A stretch of 64,000 bases of DNA from Patescibacteria group bacterium (GTDB lineage Bacteria > Patescibacteriota > Patescibacteriia > UBA1558 > GWA2-36-10). Under the pieces are notes generated by a model. That model saw only the letters and a list, made by a program, of their open reading frames with translations. It was not told the DNA's origin and searched no databases. The stretch spans positions 18,173 through 82,172 of the forward strand of contig JBAZSG010000004.1 in assembly GCA_041662585.1 (NCBI GenBank), read 5' to 3'. Both the position numbers and the translations under genes were made by a program. Positions within the stretch are counted from its first letter, which is position 1; each line of letters starts with the position of its first letter. Below, piece by piece: positions 27,395 through 36,394 of the stretch.

Positions 27395-27469
27395 TGGCTC
27401 CGGGAGGGGGATTCGAACCCACGACCAATTGATTAACAGTCAACTGCTCTACCACTGAGCTATCCCGGA
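27395..27469 (-). tRNA. tRNA-Asn(GTT)
   Basis: rc: TCCGGGATAGCTCAGTGGTAGAGCAGTTGACTGTTAATCAATTGG...GGTTCGAATCC...GGAGCCA; anticodon loop CTGTTAA; CCA encoded. Confidence 0.85.
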
Positions 27470-27486
27470 ATATATATAATAAAGCT

Positions 27487-27563
27487 TGGTAGCAGGGGGG
27501 AGAATCGAACTCCCGACCTCAGGCTTATGAGTCCTGCGCTCTAACCAACTGAGCTACCCTGCC
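27487..27563 (-). tRNA. tRNA-Met(CAT), elongator type (tRNA-Ile2/LAU not excluded)
   Basis: rc: GGCAGGGTAGCTCAGTTGGTTAGAGCGCAGGACTCATAAGCCTGAGGTCGGGAGTTCGATTCTCCCCCCTGCTACCA; 77 nt. Confidence 0.75.
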
Positions 27564-27590
27564 TTAGGGTTAATTTGTAATAATAAAGTT

Positions 27591-27666
27591 TGGTAGCGGG
27601 GGTCGGACTCGAACCGACGACCTCCAGGTTATGGGCCTGGCGAGCTGCCAACTGCTCTACCCCGCG
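27591..27666 (-). tRNA. tRNA-Met(CAT), initiator-like (unpaired C1, A11:U24)
   Basis: rc: CGCGGGGTAGAGCAGTTGGCAGCTCGCCAGGCCCATAACCTGGAGGTCGTCGGTTCGAGTCCGACCCCCGCTACCA; C1 mismatched with position 72. Confidence 0.7.
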
Positions 27667-27696
27667 TCATGAAAAAAGAAAATATTTATTTTGTTT

Positions 27697-27773
27697 TGGT
27701 CGGGGTGATCAGACTTGAACTGACGACCTCACGCACCCCATGCGTACGCGCTAGCCAACTGCGCTACACCCCG
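27697..27773 (-). tRNA. tRNA-Pro(GGG)
   Basis: rc: CGGGGTGTAGCGCAGTTGGCTAGCGCGTACGCATGGGGTGCGTGAGGTCGTCAGTTCAAGTCTGATCACCCCGACCA; anticodon loop ATGGGGT with G37. Confidence 0.8.
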
Positions 27774-27827
27774 AATATTTCGTAAAGTATAGACAGTATA
27801 AAGGAATTTGATTTTACTGACAAGGTG

Positions 27828-27904
27828 TGGTGGACCCAACAGGACTTGAACCTGCGACCTCTTCCATGCCATGGAAGCGCTCTAGCCAACTGAGCTATGG
27901 GCCC
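27828..27904 (-). tRNA. tRNA-Ala(GGC) with G3:U70
   Basis: rc: GGGCCCATAGCTCAGTTGGCTAGAGCGCTTCCATGGCATGGAAGAGGTCGCAGGTTCAAGTCCTGTTGGGTCCACCA. Confidence 0.8.
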
Positions 27905-27905
27905 A

Positions 27906-27992
27906 TGGTACCGAAGAGAGGATTTGAACCTCCACGGGGTTGCCCCCACTGGATTTTGAGTCCAGCGCGTCTACCAGTTCCGCCACTTCGGC
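27906..27992 (-). tRNA. tRNA-Leu(CAA), type II
   Basis: rc: GCCGAAGTGGCGGAACTGGTAGACGCGCTGGACTCAAAATCCAGTGGGGGCAACCCCGTGGAGGTTCAAATCCTCTCTTCGGTACCA; long variable arm; 1 nt from tRNA-Ala. Confidence 0.85.
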
Positions 27993-28146
27993 TAATATTT
28001 TTATATAAACAAGGATGATTTTACAATAAAAATGATGTTTAGTCAAGACTATTTAAATATAATATCTTTTGCTCTAATGCTTGTAAGAATCTCTTAAAAA
28101 TGTATAATGATTATAATAATTATTAAATTTAGGAAGATTAATATAT

Positions 28147-28983
28147 ATGATAGCTAGTTTTATAATTACCTTGCGAGAAACGCTAGAGGCAGCTTTGATC
28201 GTGGGTATTGTGATTGGTATTTTAAAACGTAGTGGACAATATATCTACTATCGTATGGTGTGGTATGGAGTTTTAGCTGGGATAGCTTTGAGTATTTTAG
28301 GAGCAGCATTGTTTCAAAGATTTGTCGGAGGATTTTCTGGATCAGCAGAAGAATTATTTGAAGGTATTACCATGATAGTAGGTTCTATATTGATTACTAC
28401 TTTAATAATTTGGGTAATGCGAAGAAAAGACATTAATAGTAATATTAAAGATAAGATTAATAATCATTTATACAACGCTAGGCCTCTTAGTATATTTTTT
28501 ATGATTTTAGTAGCTGTTTTAAGAGAGGGAATTGAGACGGTTATTTTTTTAGAGTCAGCTAGTTTGGCTTCTGGTGAAAATAATCTATGGGCAGCTTTAT
28601 CAGGTATAGTAGTGGCAGTTGTTTTGGGCATAGCAATTTATTTTGGTTTTTTACATATTAATATCAAAAGGTTTTTTGCTATTACTAGTATTATTTTAAT
28701 ATTTTTTGCAGCTGGCCTTTTGGCTCATGGTGTGCACGAATTACAAGAAGTGGGAGTGTTGCCTGTATTTATTGAACAGATATGGGATATTAATCCTAGT
28801 GTTTTTGTAGATGGGGTATATCCTTTGTGGCACGAAAATGGATACATTGGTAGTTTTTTGAAAGGACTTTTTGGTTATAATGCAAATCCTAGTTTGCTAG
28901 AACTTTTAAGTTATATATTATATATTATAGTTATAGCTTATTTTTGGAAAAAAGCTGGACAGGGCAAAAAAATGAATGTTTAA
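28147..28983 (+). CDS. FTR1/EfeU-family high-affinity iron permease
   Basis: Two RExxE motifs (LRETLEAAL, LREGIETVIF) in TM helices; 278 aa. Confidence 0.8.
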   Translation: MIASFIITLRETLEAALIVGIVIGILKRSGQYIYYRMVWYGVLAGIALSILGAALFQRFVGGFSGSAEELFEGITMIVGSILITTLIIWVMRRKDINSNIKDKINNHLYNARPLSIFFMILVAVLREGIETVIFLESASLASGENNLWAALSGIVVAVVLGIAIYFGFLHINIKRFFAITSIILIFFAAGLLAHGVHELQEVGVLPVFIEQIWDINPSVFVDGVYPLWHENGYIGSFLKGLFGYNANPSLLELLSYILYIIVIAYFWKKAGQGKKMNV

Positions 28984-29009
28984 AATCATAAGAATTAATA
29001 AAAATACAA

Positions 29010-29762
29010 ATGCAAATATTGTCTTGGAATATAAATGGCATTAGAGCTGCCATACGAAAAGATTTTGTCGGTTTTCTCAAAAGACAAAAACCAGATATTA
29101 TTTGTTTGCAAGAAATCAAAATATCAAACGATAAGATAGCTCAAGAAGATTTTGATTTTGCAGATTATCAAGAATTTTACAATAGTGCCCAGCGTCCAGG
29201 CTATAGTGGCACAGCTATACTTGTCAAAAATGGTATCAAGGTAGATATTTTGCCAGACCTTCCTTGGGATGATGAGGGGCGTATCCAAGTACTTGATATT
29301 GGTAAATATTATCTTATAAATATTTATTTTCCCAACGCCAATCATGAATTGTCTAGATTGGATTTTAAGCTTGATTTTAGCGACAAGCTTTTGGCTTATT
29401 TAAAAAAATTGGAAAAAGATAAACCACTGATTATTACCGGAGATTACAATGTGGCTCATCAGGAAATAGATTTGGCTCGTCCCAAAGAAAATGTTGGCAG
29501 TCCTGGATTTACTGATGAAGAAAGAGCTTGGATGGACAAATTTTTAAAGGCTGGCTTTAAAGATACTTTTCGTGAGCTTTACCCTAGTAAGATTCAATAT
29601 TCTTGGTGGTCTTATCGGGCTATGGCTCGAGTCAATAATGTTGGTTGGCGCATAGATTATTTTTGTGTGTCAGACAAAATATTAAAAAAAATATCTCAGG
29701 CCTATATCTTGGACAAAGTCATGGGTTCAGACCATGCGCCAGTCGGTATTGAAATAAAATAA
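29010..29762 (+). CDS. xth: Exodeoxyribonuclease III (AP endonuclease, Xth family)
   Basis: MQILSWNINGIRA, GDYNVAHQEIDL, SDHAPVGIEI. Confidence 0.9.
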   Translation: MQILSWNINGIRAAIRKDFVGFLKRQKPDIICLQEIKISNDKIAQEDFDFADYQEFYNSAQRPGYSGTAILVKNGIKVDILPDLPWDDEGRIQVLDIGKYYLINIYFPNANHELSRLDFKLDFSDKLLAYLKKLEKDKPLIITGDYNVAHQEIDLARPKENVGSPGFTDEERAWMDKFLKAGFKDTFRELYPSKIQYSWWSYRAMARVNNVGWRIDYFCVSDKILKKISQAYILDKVMGSDHAPVGIEIK

Positions 29763-29789
29763 AATTTATTTTGGCTAATATTAGTAAAT

Positions 29790-29813
29790 AATTGTCATTA
29801 AATATTGACAATT
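29790..29813. promoter_or_regulatory. Perfect inverted repeat AATTGTCA-N8-TGACAATT (extends to 11-bp arms with 1 mismatch), ~70 bp upstream of a GC-atypical gene
   Basis: Seen directly; operator-like palindrome. Confidence 0.5.
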
Positions 29814-29880
29814 TTTTGTTTTTGTGTTATGATTACAAAATATTTAGTTATTTTAAATTAAGCTCAATAAGGAGACAATC

Positions 29881-30408
29881 ATGAAGACGTTGTTGTTCGT
29901 ACTGGTTTTAATGGCGGTTTCCGCTACTATGGTCTGGGCAGAGTCTGAGGACTCTGTACATGAAATCTCTTCTGCTCTGAGCAGTCAGCAAATAGCGACA
30001 GCTGACAGTCTGATCTGGCACCTGTTTAGGTCGCCTAATCAGCCGAAACCCATTAGTTATGATCCGTTGGTTATGGGTTGCCAAGTATTTTTGGAAACAA
30101 AAGAAATATCAGCCGACAACGCTGGCTGGCTCTGGTCAATGGAGACCGACGATTTAATGCGAGCAGGCATTATTTCGAGTGAGTATTTAGTCTACCACGA
30201 AGTAGTGGTGAATGCCGGCTTGATCAGCGATCTGGTTGGCCGCTACCAACAGGTTTTGCTTTACGAACAAGGTAAGTTCTATCTAACGGAACAAGTCTGG
30301 TTCTACGAGCAAGTTTATTGGGGTAGAATACTGCTTGGGTACATAATAGCCCTTTTCTCTGGTATGGCCATTTTGTGGGTATCACGAAAGATTAGGCGAC
30401 GAGCCTAA
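29881..30408 (+). CDS. Hypothetical exported/membrane-anchored protein with atypical composition (~47% GC, CTG/GCC-rich codons)
   Basis: 175 aa; signal peptide MKTLLFVLVLMAVSATMVWA, C-terminal TM; strong RBS AAGGAGA; GC content far above neighbours; followed by a terminator at 30441..30474. Confidence 0.6.
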   Translation: MKTLLFVLVLMAVSATMVWAESEDSVHEISSALSSQQIATADSLIWHLFRSPNQPKPISYDPLVMGCQVFLETKEISADNAGWLWSMETDDLMRAGIISSEYLVYHEVVVNAGLISDLVGRYQQVLLYEQGKFYLTEQVWFYEQVYWGRILLGYIIALFSGMAILWVSRKIRRRA

Positions 30409-30440
30409 AGACCAGCTGGTCAAACATATTTGAGCAAAAC

Positions 30441-30474
30441 AAAAACTTCGGTTCAACAGGCCGAAGTTTTAAAT
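30441..30474. terminator. Bidirectional terminator (AACTTCGG...CCGAAGTT with flanking A/T runs)
   Basis: 8-bp stem seen directly. Confidence 0.7.
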
Positions 30475-30492
30475 TTGAAAAAATATAAATTA

Positions 30493-31632
30493 TTAATTAA
30501 AAATATGGTCCGGATAATAATTTCTAGCATTCCATAGTAGCCAGCCACTGGTAGTAGATGCTTCTTCAGCTGCTTGAGCTTGAGCATCTATTTTTGTTTT
30601 GTCATAGACTGCTCGGATATCAAAGGCTTGCAACCAAGGTCGAATTGTTGCTCGGCTACTTCTAGAAGTACTGGAGCTGATTTCCAATCCATAAGCTATG
30701 ACATCATAAGGATGTTCAGCTGAGTTGCTAAAGCCCAAATAAGTCAAAGGATAATGAGAAGGATACATCATCGGAGAAACATAATCAAAATACTGTACAA
30801 CACTAGCTAGTCTTTGACCAATACCCAAATCATAGTCATCATCAGTATGATCCATGACCAGTCCAAAGGTGTCTATGGATATAGGAGCTAGATCGCTAAG
30901 ATTGTCGGATAGATATTTGAAAAATTTATCTAGCATACTGACTTTTGTTTCGCCAGCTGGGATATTGTAGGCAATATTTCCGATACTACCATCGCTAGGG
31001 TAGCGCATATAGTCAAAATTTATTTCATCAAAGCCTAGAGAGATAGCCTCTTTGGCTATTTTTAAATTATAGTCCCATACTTCTTCTTGAGCTGGGTCCA
31101 CCCAAGCTAGCCCGCTCTTATCATACCAAGTATTTCCATTGTAGGTCTTGATAGCCAGATCAGGTCTGCCTTCAGCTAGAGCTGGATCTTGAAAAACAGT
31201 TTGACGAGCTATGACATAGATATTTAAATCATGAAATTCTTTGAGTACCTTGGCCAAATCTGGTATACGATTGTTTTTGGCTTTGATATTTTGGACTTCA
31301 GGTATTTGACTATCATATAGTATATAGCCAGAATAATCTTTGATATCTATCACCACAGTATTGATACGACTGTCTTTTATTTTTTCCAAAATATTTGCTC
31401 TATAGCTATCACTACCAGCTGAATAAGCTGTCAAATAAATACCGCGCACATATTCTGGTAAATATGATTTTTTTTGTATTATAGTTGGCTCCACTGGTTG
31501 AGTATTATTTTTATCAAGCAACAGTGGTTTGAATATATTGCTAGCTGGGGTATTATTGAGAGCCAAAAAACTAAATACAGTGACTGTAAATATAATAAAA
31601 GAATGAAAAGCGGCAATATTTTTATTTGGCAT
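30493..31632 (-). CDS. Putative TIM-barrel glycoside hydrolase (GHL/DUF4015-like), secreted
   Basis: N-terminal TM; VRGIYLTAYSAGS...NTVVIDIKD...WVDP...EINFDYMRYP pattern resembles the hypothetical glycosyl hydrolase family as I recall it. Confidence 0.5.
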   Translation of the reverse strand: MPNKNIAAFHSFIIFTVTVFSFLALNNTPASNIFKPLLLDKNNTQPVEPTIIQKKSYLPEYVRGIYLTAYSAGSDSYRANILEKIKDSRINTVVIDIKDYSGYILYDSQIPEVQNIKAKNNRIPDLAKVLKEFHDLNIYVIARQTVFQDPALAEGRPDLAIKTYNGNTWYDKSGLAWVDPAQEEVWDYNLKIAKEAISLGFDEINFDYMRYPSDGSIGNIAYNIPAGETKVSMLDKFFKYLSDNLSDLAPISIDTFGLVMDHTDDDYDLGIGQRLASVVQYFDYVSPMMYPSHYPLTYLGFSNSAEHPYDVIAYGLEISSSTSRSSRATIRPWLQAFDIRAVYDKTKIDAQAQAAEEASTTSGWLLWNARNYYPDHIFN

Positions 31633-31705
31633 AATAATAGTATAGCAGATTCATTTATATCTTGCATATGGATTTTACTTGAAAAAAATACCTTGCTCGG
31701 GTAAA

Positions 31706-32935
31706 ATGTATATTATGAAAAAATATATTATTATCATAGTGTTTGTAGTGCTCGGTGCAGCAGTGCTTGCCCGTGTTTTTTTTACTAAACATAACCAATC
31801 TAGTGCTTTAGATGGCCCCAGCGAGATAGTTGAAGAATTGAGCTATAAAGAAGAAATAGTCACCGTAGAGCCAGGTATGACATTTTCTACTATTTCTGAA
31901 GAAGTAGGAATTGGAGGGACCTTGATGATGAATATATTGTCAGCCAGTGAAGATGTCTATGATTTGGTAAAGATAAGGGCTGGCAGAGAAATAAAATTTC
32001 ATTTTGATAAAGTCACCGGAGATTTTGTTAAACTTATTTATCCTATAGACAGCGAAGAAGAGCTTTTTGTAGAATATGATGGAGAGGGTAATTTGGTGGC
32101 TCAGCGTCTAGGAATAGATTATGAAATAAAAATAAAGACCGTTGAGGGGACCATTGAGTCATCTCTTTATGAGTCAGCTGTTGAGCAGGCTGTAGATATC
32201 AGAGCTATTATTGAGCTAGCCGATGTGTTTGCTTGGACAGTAGATTTTGGTATGGGTATTAGAGTAGGCGATACTTACAAGTTTATATATGAAGAAAGAT
32301 ATAGAAATGGAGTCTATCAAATGCCAGGCAAAGTTTTGGCAGCCAAGTTTGTCAATGACGGTAAAACTATAGAAGGATATTATTTTTCAGAAGGGCTAGA
32401 TGAAGATGGAGATATTTTGGAAGGCTATTATCACCCAAGTGGTGAATCAGTGCAAAAGATATTTTTGAAAAATCCAGTATCATTTAAATATATTTCTTCT
32501 GGCTTTACCACTGGCAGAAGATATGTTGAAGCTTTCAATGTTTCTACAGGACATCGGGCTATTGATTATGCAGCAGCAGCTGGTACACCTATCAAATCAG
32601 TTGGAGATGGTACAGTTACCTTTGCTGGTTGGTCTACAGCTGGTTATGGTTATCTTACTAGTATCAGACACAATAGTGTCTTTAGTACCAACTATGCTCA
32701 TCAAAGTAAAATAGCTGTAACTTATGGTCAAAAAGTCACTCAAGGTCAGATTATTGGTTATGTCGGTTCTACCGGATTTTCAACTGGGCCACATCTTCAT
32801 TTTGAAATGGTCAAAAATGGTACCAAGATAAATCCCATGACGGTGGATATTCCATCTGACGAATCAATAGCCGAAGATCAGATGGATAAATTTAAAGCAG
32901 CTATTTCTGATTGGCAAAATCAATTGAATAACTAA
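31706..32935 (+). CDS. M23-family (LytM-like) metallopeptidase with N-terminal TM
   Basis: HRAIDYAA (HxxxD), GYVGSTGFSTGPHLHFEM (HxH) motifs. Confidence 0.85.
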   Translation: MYIMKKYIIIIVFVVLGAAVLARVFFTKHNQSSALDGPSEIVEELSYKEEIVTVEPGMTFSTISEEVGIGGTLMMNILSASEDVYDLVKIRAGREIKFHFDKVTGDFVKLIYPIDSEEELFVEYDGEGNLVAQRLGIDYEIKIKTVEGTIESSLYESAVEQAVDIRAIIELADVFAWTVDFGMGIRVGDTYKFIYEERYRNGVYQMPGKVLAAKFVNDGKTIEGYYFSEGLDEDGDILEGYYHPSGESVQKIFLKNPVSFKYISSGFTTGRRYVEAFNVSTGHRAIDYAAAAGTPIKSVGDGTVTFAGWSTAGYGYLTSIRHNSVFSTNYAHQSKIAVTYGQKVTQGQIIGYVGSTGFSTGPHLHFEMVKNGTKINPMTVDIPSDESIAEDQMDKFKAAISDWQNQLNN

Positions 32936-32945
32936 TTATATAAAA

Positions 32946-33182
32946 ATGGATAATTTTGAATCTAAATATCAAAAAAATCAAGCCAAGCTTCAAGCTGACA
33001 TGGCCAAATCAAGCTGGACACTATCTTATCGTATCAAAGGTATGACTGCCGGAGCTTTGGTCATGCTTCTTTATATCAATTTTTATTTAGGACAAAATAA
33101 TCCCAAGATGATTATTGCTGGTGGAATACTAGGATATTTTTTGGGCTGGCTGGCTGGTAGTTTTTTTTACACCAAAAAGTAG
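32946..33182 (+). CDS. Small membrane protein
   Basis: 78 aa, two hydrophobic helices. Confidence 0.4.
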   Translation: MDNFESKYQKNQAKLQADMAKSSWTLSYRIKGMTAGALVMLLYINFYLGQNNPKMIIAGGILGYFLGWLAGSFFYTKK

Positions 33183-33218
33183 ATTATGTGCTATAATTAA
33201 AGAAGATTTAGGTGTTTT

Positions 33219-33986
33219 ATGGCTAGAATAATTTCTATAGTAAATCAAAAAGGAGGAGTTGGAAAAACTACCACGTCCATAAATTTAGCGGCGTGGTTGG
33301 CTGCTTTTGGTAAGAGAGTTTTAATCATTGATATTGATCCACAAGGCAATGCTTCGTCTGGTTTGGGTATTGATTACAAAAATTTAAGCAAAGGTATGTA
33401 TGAAGTATTGGTTGATCCCAATACTCATATCAGTGAAGCTATCAGATCTTACCAAGCCAACTTTCATATTTTACCAACTACACCAGATTTGGCAGGAGCG
33501 GCTATAGATTTGGTAGAGACTAGCGAAAGAGAATTTCAACTGGAAAAACAAATAAAAGAAATAGCTGATCTTTACGATTTTATTTTGATAGACAATCCAC
33601 CATCTTTGGGTCTTTTGACCATCAATGGACTGGTAGCTTCTCGAGAAATTATTATTCCTGTTCAATGCGAATATTATGCTTTGGAAGGATTATCTCAACT
33701 GCTCAATACCATTAATCTCATAAAAGAACATCTTCAACCAGAACTAAATATACTAGGAGCAGTCATGACTATGTATGATAGTCGCAATAAATTGTCCAAC
33801 GATGTTTTCAATGAATTGTATCGTTATTTTCCAGCCAGGATTTTTAAGAGTGTCATACCTAGAAATATAAAAATAGCCGAATCTCCATCACATGGTTTGC
33901 CACTTAGGGATTATGCACCAAATTCATTGGGATCAAATGCCTACAAACGTCTAGCTCAAGAAGTAATATTAGCTAAATCAAAATAA
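33219..33986 (+). CDS. parA: ParA/Soj partitioning ATPase
   Basis: Deviant Walker A NQKGGVGKTTT. Confidence 0.9.
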   Translation: MARIISIVNQKGGVGKTTTSINLAAWLAAFGKRVLIIDIDPQGNASSGLGIDYKNLSKGMYEVLVDPNTHISEAIRSYQANFHILPTTPDLAGAAIDLVETSEREFQLEKQIKEIADLYDFILIDNPPSLGLLTINGLVASREIIIPVQCEYYALEGLSQLLNTINLIKEHLQPELNILGAVMTMYDSRNKLSNDVFNELYRYFPARIFKSVIPRNIKIAESPSHGLPLRDYAPNSLGSNAYKRLAQEVILAKSK

Positions 33987-33990
33987 AATT

Positions 33991-34851
33991 ATGTCAGCAT
34001 TAGGAAAAGGACTGGGATCACTCATTCCCAATAAAAATCAAAAAGCTACAATACTCTCATCAGTCGTAGATGAAAATATTGATAATCAACAAATTCAACA
34101 AGTGGCTATTGCCGATATAGTTTCCAATCCTTGGCAACCACGTACACATTTTGATAGAGACAAGCTAGATGAATTGGCTGAGTCTATAAAACAACATGGT
34201 ATTTTACAACCCATTGTGGTTTGTAGGGTAGGCAACACCTATCAATTGATAGCTGGAGAAAGACGTTTTAAGGCCGCTGAACTTTTGGGATGGACAGAAG
34301 TGCCAGTCATTATCAAAGATGTAAGTGACAGAGATAAACTAGAATTATCTATTATTGAAAATATTCAGCGTCGTGATCTTAATCCCATAGAAACTGCCAA
34401 TAGCTACAAAAGACTAGCTGAAGAGTTTGCTTTGAGCAATGAAGAAATAGCCCAACAAGTTGGTAAAGGTGTTTCAACTGTAGCCAATTTTTTAAGACTT
34501 TTAAGATTACCAGTAGCTGTAAAAGAGGCTATTGCCAAAGAGGAAATCACAATGTCTCATGCCAAGATTATTCTCTCTTACCAAACAAAAGAAGAGCAGG
34601 TTAAAGCTTACAAACAGATTTTGAAAAATAAAATGTCAGTTAGTGATTTGCATGAGATGCAAAAAAAATCTGCTGTTAAAAAAGATAAAGATAAACCACG
34701 TGATCCAGTTTTGGCTTCTTGGGAAGATAAGCTTACCAAAAATATTGGTGCTAAGGTAAATATTCAAAAAAGAGGAGAACGAGGATTTGTAAAAATAAAT
34801 TTTCATTCTCACTCGGAGCTCAAAAATATTTTAGACAGATTGGAAAAATAA
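33991..34851 (+). CDS. parB: ParB/Spo0J partitioning protein
   Basis: ParB box LIAGERRFKAA, HTH region. Confidence 0.85.
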   Translation: MSALGKGLGSLIPNKNQKATILSSVVDENIDNQQIQQVAIADIVSNPWQPRTHFDRDKLDELAESIKQHGILQPIVVCRVGNTYQLIAGERRFKAAELLGWTEVPVIIKDVSDRDKLELSIIENIQRRDLNPIETANSYKRLAEEFALSNEEIAQQVGKGVSTVANFLRLLRLPVAVKEAIAKEEITMSHAKIILSYQTKEEQVKAYKQILKNKMSVSDLHEMQKKSAVKKDKDKPRDPVLASWEDKLTKNIGAKVNIQKRGERGFVKINFHSHSELKNILDRLEK

Positions 34852-36282
34852 TTATTTTTTATTTAATTGAGATTTTATTTTATGTTTGGCCATGTTGGTG
34901 GCTACTATGTTTAACCAGTCTGAATTTGGTTTTTTTCTATTTTTGTTAGTAAGTATTTCTACAATATCACCAGATTTTAGTCTAGTATCAAGGGACGCCA
35001 TTTGATTGTTTATTTTGGCGCCTACACACTGACTACCAATATCAGTATGGATATAATAAGCAAAATCCAATGGTGTAGAATTTTCTGGTAATTCTACTAC
35101 ATCTCCTTTGGGGGTAAAGACAAAGATTTGATTTAAGAACAAATCATTTTTTATGTGTTTTACAAATTCGGTATTATCAGTGATAGTTTTTTGGATTTCT
35201 ATCAAATGTTCCAACCATTTAGGAGGGTTTTTCTTTTTGCCAAAACTTCCCAACTCTTTATATTTACTGTGGGCAGCAACACCAAATTCTGCTTCTTCAT
35301 CCATTTCTACAGTACGGATTTGTATTTCAACTATTTTAGAAAAATCAGTAAAAACCGAAGTATGAAGAGATCGGTAACCATTTGGTTTTGGCTGAGCAAC
35401 ATAGTCTTTAACGCGACCCTTAAGAGGTGTCCATTTTTTATGTAGTACTCCCATCGCACTGTAGCAATCTGCTATATTATCTACAACTATTCTTAAAGCT
35501 ATCAAATCGTATATTTTATTTATATCTTTTCCTTTACGTAGTAATTTTTGATAAATACTATAGATACTTTTAACTCGACTACGGATATTGTTAAAATCGA
35601 TATTATTTTTAATGAGTTCTTTTTGGGTTAATTTTTTTATTTTTTCTATATATTTTGTTTCGGATTTTAATCTATCTTCTATTAGATTCATAGTCCATTT
35701 ATATTCTTCGGGATAGACATAAGGAAAAGCCATGTCTTCTAGTTTGCTTTTGATACGAAACATGCCTAGACGATTGGCTAGAGGAGCATATATCTCCAAA
35801 GTTTCTTGGGCAATGCGTAGTCTTTTCTCTGGTCTGACACCATCTAGTGTTTCCATATTGTGCGTTCTATCAGCTAGTTTGATAATGATTACTCTAAAGT
35901 CTTGGCTCATAGCCAAAAACATTTTTCTCAAATTTTCAGCGTATCTTTCTAGACCGCGGTATTTAAATGTTCCTAATTTTGTAACGCCTTTGACTAGGTA
36001 GTGTATTTCATTGCCAAAATTGTTTTTGAGATCTTCAAAAGTAAAGTCAGTATCTTCTGGTACATCATGAAGCAGGCCAGCGGCTATAGAAGTGATATCC
36101 ATTTTCATCTCAGCCAGATTGTAGGCAGTAGCTATAGAGTGATATATATAATCCTCACCAGTTCTTCTTTTCTGGCCTTTGTGAGCTTCAGAAGCAAAAT
36201 GAAAAGCCTTGATAACTAGTTTCAAGTCATCGGCTGAGTAGTTGGCACTAAGTATCTTTTTTAAATCTTCAAAGGTTTTCAT
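34852..36282 (-). CDS. Short Rel/SpoT-type (p)ppGpp synthetase/hydrolase (HD + synthetase + TGS; no ACT/RRM domain)
   Basis: HD motif HSIATAY...LLHDVPEDT; synthetase RIVVDNIADCYSAMGVLHKKW; TGS VFTPKGDVVELPENSTPLDFAY; only 476 aa. Confidence 0.8.
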   Translation of the reverse strand: MKTFEDLKKILSANYSADDLKLVIKAFHFASEAHKGQKRRTGEDYIYHSIATAYNLAEMKMDITSIAAGLLHDVPEDTDFTFEDLKNNFGNEIHYLVKGVTKLGTFKYRGLERYAENLRKMFLAMSQDFRVIIIKLADRTHNMETLDGVRPEKRLRIAQETLEIYAPLANRLGMFRIKSKLEDMAFPYVYPEEYKWTMNLIEDRLKSETKYIEKIKKLTQKELIKNNIDFNNIRSRVKSIYSIYQKLLRKGKDINKIYDLIALRIVVDNIADCYSAMGVLHKKWTPLKGRVKDYVAQPKPNGYRSLHTSVFTDFSKIVEIQIRTVEMDEEAEFGVAAHSKYKELGSFGKKKNPPKWLEHLIEIQKTITDNTEFVKHIKNDLFLNQIFVFTPKGDVVELPENSTPLDFAYYIHTDIGSQCVGAKINNQMASLDTRLKSGDIVEILTNKNRKKPNSDWLNIVATNMAKHKIKSQLNKK

Positions 36283-36340
36283 AATTTATTTATAAGGCAG
36301 TATTTATAGTAATATTTACTTAGCAAAATAGCAAGAGGCA

Positions 36341-36376
36341 ATTTAAAAAGCCTCCCCCTGTTTAAGGGGAGGCTAT
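36341..36376 (-). terminator. Rho-independent terminator downstream of topA (GCCTCCCC...GGGGAGGC)
   Basis: 8-bp GC stem; T-run on the minus strand. Confidence 0.75.
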
Positions 36377-36394
36377 AAAAGGTTAAATTTTTTA

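Noticed and set aside
27132-28018. ORFs 27132..27455, 27764..27949 and 27827..28018 from the six-frame track
   Set aside because: They overlap the tRNA-Asn, tRNA-Pro, tRNA-Ala and tRNA-Leu genes, so they are spurious.
33219-34851. parS site near parAB
   Set aside because: I searched for TGTTNCACGTGAAACA-like palindromes in and around parAB. Only an unrelated ATGTTTCAAACAT palindrome inside folC (~39961) was seen, so no parS call was made.
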